Part shown: positions 8,131 through 16,969 of the stretch, in pieces
Numbering within the stretch: position 1 is the stretch's first letter
How the letters are laid out: each line of letters opens with the position of its first letter
Origin: Erysipelotrichaceae bacterium OH741_COT-311
GTDB lineage: Bacteria > Bacillota_I > Bacilli_A > Erysipelotrichales > Erysipelotrichaceae
DNA: 32,000 nucleotides
Direction: 5' to 3'
Assembly: GCA_003858585.1 (NCBI GenBank)
Contig: RQZE01000007.1
Span: forward strand, 30,001 to 62,000
The notes under the pieces: generated by a model
The model's input: only the letters and a program-made list of their open reading frames with translations
Database searches by the model: none
Told to the model about the DNA's origin: nothing
Translations under genes and position numbers: made by a program

Positions 8131-9221
8131 TTCACAACCCTAAATAACTCTCTTCCATATTCTTGAAGTAATAAGTCTACTACTGCTATTGCAAGCATAG
8201 AATCAACTACGACGACTGCACGATGAACAATACATGGATCATGTCTACCTTGGATAGATGTTTTAATATTTTCCTTGGTAGTTAAATCAATGGATGAAAA
8301 AGGTCTTTCAATCGAAGAAGTTGGTTTAATGACACTTTGTATCGTAATAGGCATACCATTACTTAAACCACCATGAATACCTCCATTATAATTAGACGTT
8401 GTTACTACTTTATGATCTATATATTGATATTCATCACGAACTTGACTTCCATAATAATCACTAAAGGAAAAACCTAGCCCAAACTGAACACCCTTTACAG
8501 CTGGAATGGAAAAAAGCAGATGACTAATCACACTTTCAATACTATCAAAAAACGGCTCTCCTACACCTGGTTTTAAACCCACAATAATAGACTCAATGAC
8601 ACCACCTACCGAATCACATTGCTCTTTCGCTTTTGTAATTTCCTGTACCATGGCTTCTTTTATATCTTTGTTTAACACATTAAAAGAAGTATTACATACC
8701 TTTATTTGTTGTGCTAAATGTTCAAATTGAAATCCATCATCTTGAATATCTTTAATTTTTAAAATATGTGAAGCAATTTCAACATCAATACTCTTCAATA
8801 ACTGTAAACAAATTGCCCCTGCAATCACTAATGGTGCTGTTAAACGCCCAGAAAAATGACCTGAGCCACGATAATCTTGATACCCTTGATATTTGCACTC
8901 CGCAACATAATCTACATGACTTGGTCGAACAATATTTGATTGATAATCTTCACTTTTGACATCACTATTTTCAATCAAAATAGTCATTGGACTTCCCGTT
9001 GTATAACCATTAAAAAATCCACTAACAATCTTAAAAACATCCTGTTCTACACGCTTTGTTGAAATCTCTCCTTGAGGTCTGCGACGTTTGAGTTGTTCAT
9101 GAATAAACGAGACATCCAGTTTTATTCCAGCTGGTAATCCATCCATCACACAACCAACAGCTTCCTGATGACTTTCACCAAATAAGGTGATACTTAAGCA
9201 AGTGCCAAATGTATTTTTCAT
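8127..9221 (-). CDS. aroC: chorismate synthase
   Basis: 364 aa. Carries FGESHQEAVGCVMDGLPAG, RRRPQGE, RPSHVDY, GRLTAP, GGISNG-like GGLSNGMP and GRHDPC. 4-nt overlaps with both neighbours. Confidence 0.93.
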   Translation of the reverse strand: MKNTFGTCLSITLFGESHQEAVGCVMDGLPAGIKLDVSFIHEQLKRRRPQGEISTKRVEQDVFKIVSGFFNGYTTGSPMTILIENSDVKSEDYQSNIVRPSHVDYVAECKYQGYQDYRGSGHFSGRLTAPLVIAGAICLQLLKSIDVEIASHILKIKDIQDDGFQFEHLAQQIKVCNTSFNVLNKDIKEAMVQEITKAKEQCDSVGGVIESIIVGLKPGVGEPFFDSIESVISHLLFSIPAVKGVQFGLGFSFSDYYGSQVRDEYQYIDHKVVTTSNYNGGIHGGLSNGMPITIQSVIKPTSSIERPFSSIDLTTKENIKTSIQGRHDPCIVHRAVVVVDSMLAIAVVDLLLQEYGRELFRVVK

Positions 9222-10216
9222 AATAAATCACCTAATTCCTTTAAAGAAATACGTTGAAGAAAACAATCTTCAATCCCTTTTACTCTTACTAGATCTATCT
9301 TATCATGATCTATTTTTTTATCATTTAAAACATATTCTAATATGCTATTTTTATCATACTTAATATTATGTAGATCAATTTGTAAAGAATCGATAATCCT
9401 ACAAACTTCTTTTTGTAATGTAAAATCATCAATCATTTTAAGTAGTCCGTAAGCAACAGCTTCTCCATGAAGCAGATGAAATTTGCTACTAGACTCTAAA
9501 GCATGTCCAATGGTATGCCCTAAATTCAATAATTTTCTTTGGTTTTTATCAAATTCATCCATTTCAATAATCTTCTTTTTTACCATTAATGCCCGATAAA
9601 TAACTTCTTCAATTCTTGTGTCTACTTCTTGATTTTTAAATAGCGTATATAGCGTCTGATCTTGCAAAATGCCTGCTTTTAAGGCTTCTACTAAACCTGC
9701 ATAATAATGCCTTGCCGGAAGAGTCTTTAAAAGGTTTACATCAATTATTACCTTATATGCAGGATAAAAAAAACCAATACAATTTTTAACACCATGACAG
9801 TTTAAAGCCACTTTACCACCAATAGAAGAATCAATTTGTGCCAATGTTGATGTTGGAACATTAATGTATGCAATACCTCTTTTATAACTACTGGCGACAA
9901 AGCCAGTAAGATCACCAATCATTCCTCCTCCTAAAGCAATCAAACAATCGAATTTATCGAAATGAAGGTATAATAGCTCTTTGATAATCGCTTGATAAAC
10001 TTCAAGACTTTTACTTTGATCACCGGCTTTTACAGTATATACATAACACTTCTGTATTGTTTTCTTTACCTCTTGTATATAAGTCAATGGTATATTTTCA
10101 TCCGTAATAATCATGACTTTACCCTCAAAAGAAAAATATTCTTGTAACTTTGAAATACTATTTCTTTCAATAATCACTTCGTAATCTCTAATGTTACTTT
10201 TTACTTGAATCCTCAT
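9218..10216 (-). CDS. aroB: 3-dehydroquinate synthase
   Basis: 332 aa. Carries ALGGGMIGDLTGFVAS, PTSTLAQIDSSIGGK, LNLGHTIGHALE and HGEAVAYG. AGGAGG RBS at 10226-10221. Confidence 0.92.
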   Translation of the reverse strand: MRIQVKSNIRDYEVIIERNSISKLQEYFSFEGKVMIITDENIPLTYIQEVKKTIQKCYVYTVKAGDQSKSLEVYQAIIKELLYLHFDKFDCLIALGGGMIGDLTGFVASSYKRGIAYINVPTSTLAQIDSSIGGKVALNCHGVKNCIGFFYPAYKVIIDVNLLKTLPARHYYAGLVEALKAGILQDQTLYTLFKNQEVDTRIEEVIYRALMVKKKIIEMDEFDKNQRKLLNLGHTIGHALESSSKFHLLHGEAVAYGLLKMIDDFTLQKEVCRIIDSLQIDLHNIKYDKNSILEYVLNDKKIDHDKIDLVRVKGIEDCFLQRISLKELGDLL

Positions 10217-10226
10217 TTTTCCTCCT

Positions 10227-10254
10227 AAAAAACCATATAGAAAACTATATGGTT
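10227..10254 (-). terminator. hairpin + U-tract after the lipoprotein gene, directly abutting the aroB RBS (terminator or attenuator-like element)
   Basis: Minus strand: ACCATATAG-TTTT-CTATATGGT (10-bp stem including flanking A/T, 10254-10231), followed by TTTT and then immediately AGGAGGaaaaATG of aroB. Confidence 0.6.
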
Positions 10255-10264
10255 ATATTACAAA

Positions 10265-11224
10265 TTATTTTAATTCAAAAATAAGTTTACTGCCATCTTC
10301 ATCCGTTAAAGAAAGAAAACTACCATCCATAAATTTAAATTGAATTTCACTATTTAAAACCGTATCAGGTATCAATGCTTTTTTTAATTCCACAATTGGA
10401 CTATCCGATACCTTCCTAAATGAAGAATCATTTTGATAATCCATTTCATAAACCATACCATTACGATCAATAACATAAAGTAAAATGAATTCACTATGAT
10501 TGCTATCTTGAACAATAAACGTATATTCTCCATAGATAATCTTATGTTGATCATCCATTAATTTATATGGTTCATAGATAAACCCATCCTGTTGGTTTAA
10601 ATGTGCATATACTAACGTATGATCCATTAACCATACAAGATATCTATGTTCATCCATCTTTAAAAATGCATAGTATGGATGTTCTATATCACGATTGACT
10701 TCACTCAATCCTTCTTCATTGACTTTGTATAAAATATGTCCTTCTTCATCCGCTAGATATATACCATTAATCAAACAAGTAGCGATTGGATGACGATCAT
10801 CACAAGTATATGGAACAAGTTTCTTTAAAACATCAAAAACAACAACATGTTGCATATAATCAGATTCTTGTTTATAGGTAGCAAACTCTTCCGTCACTGT
10901 AAAATAATACCCTTTTGTATCTGTCTGAATATAGATAAAAAAAGATGCACAAGTACTATTTGAAATAATATATTGTGGATTGGCAATAGAAGATAACACT
11001 ATTTTTTCTTTCGTTTTTTCATCATAGATAACCACTTCGTCATTTTCAATATCTACGACTTTAGAAAACAATTGAATCGGTTTACTTTCAGGCATGATAC
11101 AACTCTGATTAAAATTCGTATTAATAACATTAATAGATGGAGTTTCAGTTATCAAATTAGACGCACTACTGCTACATCCAATTAATGCAAATGAAAAAAC
11201 TAAGATAATCATTAACCTCTTCAT
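10265..11224 (-). CDS. lipoprotein of unknown function
   Basis: 319 aa. Signal peptide MKRLMIILVFSFALIG-C with lipobox L-I-G-C (Cys17). The mature part is beta-rich and acidic, with 4 further Cys (QSC, STC, YTC, ATC). I recognise no family motif. AGGAG RBS 7 nt upstream. Confidence 0.8.
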   Translation of the reverse strand: MKRLMIILVFSFALIGCSSSASNLITETPSINVINTNFNQSCIMPESKPIQLFSKVVDIENDEVVIYDEKTKEKIVLSSIANPQYIISNSTCASFFIYIQTDTKGYYFTVTEEFATYKQESDYMQHVVVFDVLKKLVPYTCDDRHPIATCLINGIYLADEEGHILYKVNEEGLSEVNRDIEHPYYAFLKMDEHRYLVWLMDHTLVYAHLNQQDGFIYEPYKLMDDQHKIIYGEYTFIVQDSNHSEFILLYVIDRNGMVYEMDYQNDSSFRKVSDSPIVELKKALIPDTVLNSEIQFKFMDGSFLSLTDEDGSKLIFELK

Positions 11225-11253
11225 GATGATACTCCTAATGAATCCTTATTTAC

Positions 11254-11282
11254 ATACTATCTTAGTTTTACCATTTTAGCAA
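11254..11282 (-). promoter_or_regulatory. candidate sigma-A promoter for the lipoprotein gene
   Basis: Minus strand: TTGCTA (11282-11277), 17-nt spacer, TAGTAT (11259-11254). It lies immediately after the pcrA TGA stop. Confidence 0.45.
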
Positions 11283-11284
11283 TA

Positions 11285-13429
11285 TCAATTTACTTTCTTG
11301 GATAATTTTGGATGACGACAATTAATTTTTTTAATGCCAATTGGATGATCAAACGCAATTTCTAAAATATCATCCACCTGATTTAGCACAATCCCTTTCC
11401 CAAACATCTCATGAACAACTATATCTTTTTTGCGATATTGTACATTACGTTCTATTTTATGAAGCATAGGTCTTTGTGTCACACTTTTTTCTTTATTTAA
11501 TGTCGTATCAATAAAAATGGAAGCTTTTTGATTGGATACTCCAACATGATGAATGAACTCTTCATCAATTTCACCTATAAAACGCGAAGGCTCTTTTTCC
11601 TTTTGCATCTGAAAATTATAACCACCAGATTCCGTAATATATAATTTCTTGCGTGCTCTAGTAAAAGCTACATAAGCCAAACGGCGTTCTTCTTCTAATC
11701 CCTTAATTCCTTCAAACATAGAACGTTGAGATGGAAACACTCCATCATTCATACCATATACAAACACGGTATGAAACTCTAAACCTTTTGAAGCATGTAC
11801 CGTCATTAAAGATACAAAAGAAGGATACTTACCATCATCAATATCTGTATACAAAGCAATCTCTTGTAAATATTCATCCAAAGAAGGTTCTAACGCTGTT
11901 TTTTCATAAGATTCAATATCATTAATCAATTCCTTTAAGTTTTCTATGCGATCTGTTTCTTTATCCTTCTCTAACATCATACGATAGCCAGATTGATCTA
12001 AAACAATCTCTAACATTTCACTAGGACGTTTGTCTTGATAGATTTTACGCCAATTTAAAATCATAGTTATAAAGTCTTCCACTTGTTTTAATACTTTGCC
12101 AGAAAATAATTTTTCTTTTTGAATTGTTTCAAAATACGTTAGATTCAACGCATTCGCTTTTGCTTTAACCAAATCAAAAGACTTATCACCAAATCCACGC
12201 TTTGGAGTATTAATAATTCTTGCAAAGGCAAAATCATCCGCATGGACAATCATTCTTAAATAAGACAAAGCATCTTTTACTTCTTGGCGATCAAAGAAAC
12301 GTATTCCTCCATAAATAACATATGGTATTTTAAAATCTTTTAATGCTTTTTCTAGTGCACGTGATTGATAGTTACTACGATATAAAATCGCAAAATCACT
12401 ATAACTATGTTTATTATTCGATAAAATCTCATTAGCAATATAAGTCGCTTCAATAAGATCATTAGCACAACTATAATGTGTAATCTTATCGCCTACTAAA
12501 GCTTCTGTAAATAAATCTTTTTCTACACGATTACGATTGTGTTTAATCAAACTGTTTGATCCATTTAATATGGTATGCGTACTACGATAGTTTTGATTTA
12601 AGATAATGGTTTCTACCTCATCAAATTCTTTCTCAAATCCCATAATAATATTCACATCCGCTCCACGCCACGAATAAATCGTTTGATCTGGATCACCAAC
12701 TACATAAATCGAATTATCGTTACCAGCTAATAATTTGATTAAACTATATTGTTGTTCATCAATATCTTGAAATTCATCTACATGAATATATTGGTATCGA
12801 CGATTCCATTTCGCTAGTATTTCCGGATAGTGACGAAATAAACGAATGGTAACTAAAATTAAATCATCAAAATCTAAAGCATAATTTTTTTTCAATCGTT
12901 CTAAATAATACTGATATACTTCCACCTTCTTTTTTTCAATATCACCAGAAGCAAATTGATAGGCTTCCGATACACTCACATCAGCCATTTTATTATTTGA
13001 AATATAGTCTAACATAGACGCATGAGATACTTGTCCTATTTCCAAGGAACATTCACGATACGCATCTTTTAAAATAGAAATCTGATCTGCATGATCTATA
13101 ATTGTAAAATTACTTGGATAATGAAACGCATTGATTTCCTGACGTAAGATACGCACACATAAAGAGTGAATGGTAGAAATGGTCATTGTAGATTCTTCAT
13201 GAAGATCCTTTAAAATACGTTCTTTCATTTCTTTTGCCGCTTTGTTGGTAAAAGTAATCGCTAATATATTCTTGGGATTTACACCTTTTTCCTTTACTAA
13301 ATACATAATACGAGTAACTAACACTCTTGTTTTACCACTACCTGCACCGGCAATGACACGAATATACTTAGAATTAGAAAACACGGCTAATTGCTGTTGT
13401 TTATTCAATGTATTTAAATCAAAACTCAT
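11285..13429 (-). CDS. pcrA: ATP-dependent DNA helicase PcrA (UvrD family)
   Basis: 714 aa. Carries AGAGSGKT (Walker A), TFTNKAA, VDEFQD, QNYRS, TVHASKGLEF and VAFTRAR, plus a C-terminal Tudor-like tail (VHEMFGKGIV). Confidence 0.93.
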   Translation of the reverse strand: MSFDLNTLNKQQQLAVFSNSKYIRVIAGAGSGKTRVLVTRIMYLVKEKGVNPKNILAITFTNKAAKEMKERILKDLHEESTMTISTIHSLCVRILRQEINAFHYPSNFTIIDHADQISILKDAYRECSLEIGQVSHASMLDYISNNKMADVSVSEAYQFASGDIEKKKVEVYQYYLERLKKNYALDFDDLILVTIRLFRHYPEILAKWNRRYQYIHVDEFQDIDEQQYSLIKLLAGNDNSIYVVGDPDQTIYSWRGADVNIIMGFEKEFDEVETIILNQNYRSTHTILNGSNSLIKHNRNRVEKDLFTEALVGDKITHYSCANDLIEATYIANEILSNNKHSYSDFAILYRSNYQSRALEKALKDFKIPYVIYGGIRFFDRQEVKDALSYLRMIVHADDFAFARIINTPKRGFGDKSFDLVKAKANALNLTYFETIQKEKLFSGKVLKQVEDFITMILNWRKIYQDKRPSEMLEIVLDQSGYRMMLEKDKETDRIENLKELINDIESYEKTALEPSLDEYLQEIALYTDIDDGKYPSFVSLMTVHASKGLEFHTVFVYGMNDGVFPSQRSMFEGIKGLEEERRLAYVAFTRARKKLYITESGGYNFQMQKEKEPSRFIGEIDEEFIHHVGVSNQKASIFIDTTLNKEKSVTQRPMLHKIERNVQYRKKDIVVHEMFGKGIVLNQVDDILEIAFDHPIGIKKINCRHPKLSKKVN

Positions 13430-14187
13430 ACAACATCCTTCCTTTGAATCGTATATTTCCCAACATCTTTGAAACCTATTTTATGATAGATCTTACCCGC
13501 TAGGGAATCACTAAAAAATAACACCGGTGTCTTCCCTTCGCTAAGTAAAGATTGTACTAATGCACTCACTACTTTTGTTGCATAACCAAAACCACGATGT
13601 TCTTTTAATGTTCCAACCATCACAATCATCGCCAAATCATCACACTCAGCAGTTGATGATGCAAAGGAAACAATTTCATTCTCTACATAATAAAGAAACG
13701 TACGACCTGTGTTAGTTTTTAATTGGTGCGATAAACTATCTATTTGTGTTAGTGGAAATACTTTTAGTATTTGCTGAAATACCTCTTGAAGTCGATCTAT
13801 GGTTAAGCGTTCAATCTGTCTATCATTTACATAATTCGACAGGCAATCCAGCTTGGCAATTGTACAATTCTCTGGTTTAAATTTCGGTAATTTTACCTGA
13901 TCCATTACTACTTTTGCTCCATTGATTACCATAATTTGATACTCATCAACAATTTTTTCAATAAAATTTACATCTACTTTGTTTACTTTACTACTAATAA
14001 CCAAATTACTACGATAAATTAAATAAATGGTTTTTATTTCTGTTTCAAAATCCATAAACACCGTTTGAAAATCATTGTTAAATCCAAAATTAATAATATC
14101 CCCTATCAAAAATAAATTTGTAATCTTATCTTGATAAAGATATTCCATCAACATTTCGCGATGCTTTTCACTACATCTGATAATCAT
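13426..14187 (-). CDS. GNAT-family N-acetyltransferase with an uncharacterised N-terminal domain
   Basis: C-terminal acetyl-CoA core VGTLKEHRGFGYATKVVSALV...GKIYHKIGF. I prefer the start at ATG 14187 (MIIRCSEKH...), which has a GGGAAG SD 7 nt upstream, over the ORF-track start at 14253. The TGA stop overlaps the pcrA ATG (ATGA). Confidence 0.75.
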   Translation of the reverse strand: MIIRCSEKHREMLMEYLYQDKITNLFLIGDIINFGFNNDFQTVFMDFETEIKTIYLIYRSNLVISSKVNKVDVNFIEKIVDEYQIMVINGAKVVMDQVKLPKFKPENCTIAKLDCLSNYVNDRQIERLTIDRLQEVFQQILKVFPLTQIDSLSHQLKTNTGRTFLYYVENEIVSFASSTAECDDLAMIVMVGTLKEHRGFGYATKVVSALVQSLLSEGKTPVLFFSDSLAGKIYHKIGFKDVGKYTIQRKDVV

Positions 14188-14238
14188 ATATTCACTTCCC
14201 TTGTTAATCATTTTATAATCATTTATGCAATATGTACA

Positions 14239-14267
14239 GTGAAACCACATCATAAATATGTTATAAT
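14239..14267 (+). promoter_or_regulatory. extended -10 promoter for the methyltransferase-rluA-M15 peptidase operon
   Basis: TG-T-TATAAT (TG 14259-14260, hexamer 14262-14267), with GTGAAA at the -35 position (14239-14244). GAGG RBS at 14274-14277. Confidence 0.55.
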
Positions 14268-14283
14268 TTGCACGAGGTATAGT

Positions 14284-15156
14284 ATGAAAAAATTAGCTAC
14301 AAATTGGATTGATTATGAAATCATTGATGCCGGAAATGGTGAAAAGTTAGAGCGTTGGAAAACTATTATTCTAAGAAGACCTGACCCTCAAGCCATTTGG
14401 CCAATTGATCATTTAAATAAAAAATGGAACAACAACGATGCCACTTATCATCGCTCAAAATCAGGTGGAGGAAGTTGGCAATTTCACAACAAATTACCTG
14501 AATATTGGACTGTCAATTATAAAGACTTAATATTTAAAGTATCTCCCACTGGTTTTAAACATACAGGTCTTTTCCCAGAACAAGCCTACAATTGGGATTG
14601 GATGATGGATTTAGTTTCAAACAGTAACCGCGAAATCAATGCCTTGAATTTATTTGCCTATACCGGAGGGGCAACTATGGCACTTTCAAAAGCTGGAGCA
14701 AATGTTGTTCATGTAGATGCAAGTAAAGGTATGATTCAATGGGCAAAAGAGAATATGAAATTATCTAATTTACAAGATCATTCGATTCGATTTATACAAG
14801 ATGATTGTTTAAAATTCGTATTAAGAGAAGCTCGTAGAAATCATAAATATCAAGCAATCCTACTAGATCCTCCCTCTTATGGTCGAGGCCCTAATAATGA
14901 GTTATGGAAATTGGAAGACAATATTGTAGAACTTATTAATGCATGTCTTACTATTTTAGATGATGAACCTTTATTCTTCTTGGTAAATTGTTATACAACC
15001 GGTTTTTCAAGTACTGTATTAGAAAATATTTTAAAGAAGACCATTCTTTTAAAATATCCAAACGGAATCATTGAAACCGGAGAATTAGGTTTACCAATTA
15101 CAACGGATAATATGGTTTTACCATGTGGTATCTATGGACGCTGGACTAGTAAATAA
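14284..15156 (+). CDS. class I SAM-dependent (RlmI-like, PF10672-type) RNA methyltransferase
   Basis: True start is ATG 14284 (MKKLATNW...) after the GAGG RBS. The ORF-track 5' extension from 14131 overlaps the divergent GNAT gene. Motifs: LNLFAYTGGAT (SAM motif I), VHVDAS and LLDPPSYGRG. Confidence 0.85.
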   Translation: MKKLATNWIDYEIIDAGNGEKLERWKTIILRRPDPQAIWPIDHLNKKWNNNDATYHRSKSGGGSWQFHNKLPEYWTVNYKDLIFKVSPTGFKHTGLFPEQAYNWDWMMDLVSNSNREINALNLFAYTGGATMALSKAGANVVHVDASKGMIQWAKENMKLSNLQDHSIRFIQDDCLKFVLREARRNHKYQAILLDPPSYGRGPNNELWKLEDNIVELINACLTILDDEPLFFLVNCYTTGFSSTVLENILKKTILLKYPNGIIETGELGLPITTDNMVLPCGIYGRWTSK

Positions 15157-15802
15157 CTTAAAGGTTATCTATGAAGATAACCATATCATTGTTGTTGAAA
15201 AGCCTTGTAATCTTTTGATGCAAGAAGATAAAACAAGAGATCCAGACTTACTAACAATGACAAAAGAATATCTAAAAAGAAAATATCAAAAACCTGGCAA
15301 TGTCTATTTAGGGTTAGTCCATCGCTTAGACCGTCCTGTGGGTGGTGTTGTCGTATTTGCCAAAACAAGCAAAGCTGCTTCTCGTTTATCCAATCAAATT
15401 CGCCTTCATCAATTTCAAAAACAATACATTGCAATTGTAGAAGATAATAACTTAAAGAATGAAGGAACGTTTCAAGATTATTTAAGTAAAAATGAACAGA
15501 CAAATACTAGCTTTGTTGATGCAAAAGGAAAATTATCCATATTATCTTATAGAGTTCTTTCAAGAAAAGATAACTTAGCGAAAGTATTGATTGATTTAAA
15601 AACAGGACGCCATCATCAAATTCGAGTTCAATTTTCAAGTCGTAATCATGCTTTATGGGCAGATCAACGTTATAATCCTAAAGCCATAAAACATCAACAA
15701 TTAGCGCTATGGGCTTATAGATTAACGCTTATTCATCCTACTTTAAAACAATCAATGACATTTGAAAGTCCTATTCCAAATCAATATCCATTTACTATTT
15801 AG
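15134..15802 (+). CDS. RluA-family pseudouridine synthase (no S4 domain)
   Basis: Carries IYEDNHIIVVEKP, catalytic HRLDRPVGGVVVFAKT and GRHHQIRVQ. The start is ATG 15134 or GTG 15125, both inside the 3' end of the methyltransferase gene (23-32 nt overlap). Confidence 0.85.
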   Translation: MDAGLVNNLKVIYEDNHIIVVEKPCNLLMQEDKTRDPDLLTMTKEYLKRKYQKPGNVYLGLVHRLDRPVGGVVVFAKTSKAASRLSNQIRLHQFQKQYIAIVEDNNLKNEGTFQDYLSKNEQTNTSFVDAKGKLSILSYRVLSRKDNLAKVLIDLKTGRHHQIRVQFSSRNHALWADQRYNPKAIKHQQLALWAYRLTLIHPTLKQSMTFESPIPNQYPFTI

Positions 15803-15811
15803 GAGGTGCTT

Positions 15812-16918
15812 ATGGAAGTTGTAAAAAGAAATAGTCGTTCAATGAATGGTCGATATAAACGACGTATTAATCGATGGTTTTTATTGTTAATTTCTTTACT
15901 CATCATCACAACGATTGTCATTATTCGTGTTCCTCGTTATATAGAAGATAGTAATCTCTTAAAACTTGGTTATGATAAGATTGCCCTTCAACATATTCGT
16001 AAACGTAAACTAACAAAAACCATTTTAAAAAATCAATACTATAGTGAATATTTAAATGAACAAATAAAAACAGATTCATTTAAACAAGAATATCTAACAT
16101 TCTATCTGATAAAAAGCCCGATTACAGAAGATGATTTCTTACTTTATGATCGATTAGTTGCAAAGGGATATACAGAAGAAACGGTATTAAAGTTATTTGA
16201 ACAATTATATTTCTATGAGATGACACCTTTATTGGTATTTGATCATGTTGAGGATATAACTATATACATCAATGATGTATTAACAAATCGTGATAAAAAT
16301 ACAGAACACTTCTTCACTTTAACCAATAACTATATTACATACTATGAAAATACAGAACCATCTCCAAACCAAGATTCTCACGCTATGATTGTCAATAAAC
16401 ATTATTATTTAGATGCTTCTTTTACCCCAAAAATAGTTCCTATGAATGTTCGTTATGCTTCTAAAAATGTAGAGGTTGAACATGAAACAGCCAATGCTTT
16501 TATGCAGATGCATAAAGCTATGACGGATGTTGGATTAAATGCTTATATTGGTAGTGGTTATCGTGATTATCAATATCAAGATGATTTATATAAAAAATAT
16601 GTCAGCGAACAAGGACAAGAAAAAGCTGATTCCATTGCTGCTCGTCCCGGTCATTCTGAACACCAAACTGGCTTATCTATCGACTTAAATTCTGCAACAA
16701 CTCGTTATAACAAATTTGGGGAAACAGACGAATATTTTTGGTTGGTTGATAACGCCCATAATTTCGGTTTTATCATTCGTTATCCATATGGAAAAGATAG
16801 TATCACTGGCTATTCCTTTGAAGCTTGGCATTGGCGCTATGTCGGTGTTGAGCTTGCAACAAAGGTAAAAGAAAGTAATTTAACTTACGATGAATACTAT
16901 GAATTGTATCTAAAATAA
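15812..16918 (+). CDS. membrane-anchored M15B (VanY-type) D-alanyl-D-alanine carboxypeptidase family protein
   Basis: AGGAGG at 15801-15806 favours ATG 15812 as the start. N-terminal basic stretch + TM (WFLLLISLLIITTIVII). The C-terminal VanY domain carries SGYRDYQYQ, ARPGHSEHQTGLSIDL and EAWHWRYVG (H-x6-D...H zinc ligands). Confidence 0.85.
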   Translation: MEVVKRNSRSMNGRYKRRINRWFLLLISLLIITTIVIIRVPRYIEDSNLLKLGYDKIALQHIRKRKLTKTILKNQYYSEYLNEQIKTDSFKQEYLTFYLIKSPITEDDFLLYDRLVAKGYTEETVLKLFEQLYFYEMTPLLVFDHVEDITIYINDVLTNRDKNTEHFFTLTNNYITYYENTEPSPNQDSHAMIVNKHYYLDASFTPKIVPMNVRYASKNVEVEHETANAFMQMHKAMTDVGLNAYIGSGYRDYQYQDDLYKKYVSEQGQEKADSIAARPGHSEHQTGLSIDLNSATTRYNKFGETDEYFWLVDNAHNFGFIIRYPYGKDSITGYSFEAWHWRYVGVELATKVKESNLTYDEYYELYLK

Positions 16919-16920
16919 AA

Positions 16921-16966
16921 AGTTCATTTGATGTATCCAAAATTTTGGATCAACATCATTTGAACT
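16921..16966. terminator. bidirectional terminator between convergent operons
   Basis: Long imperfect hairpin: AGTTCA (16921-16926) pairs with TGAACT (16961-16966). An inner TGATGT/ACATCA pairing and a central palindrome ATCCAAAATTTTGGAT (16935-16950) add to it. Flanked by AAAATAAAAA upstream and TTTTTTATTT downstream. Confidence 0.7.
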
Positions 16967-16969
16967 TTT

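Noticed and set aside
14188-14253. N-terminal extensions of several ORF-track calls: GNAT to 14253, pepT to 22801, M15 peptidase from 15806, Gx protein to 4832
   Set aside because: In each case an internal ATG has a properly spaced SD, and for pepT also an ATGA overlap with the upstream stop. The extensions add non-conserved residues.
14131-14283. 5' extension of the methyltransferase ORF (track start 14131), overlapping the divergent GNAT gene
   Set aside because: The extension translates to nonsense-like hydrophobic sequence, crosses the divergent promoter region and lacks an RBS. ATG 14284 has a GAGG SD and an extended -10 promoter just upstream.
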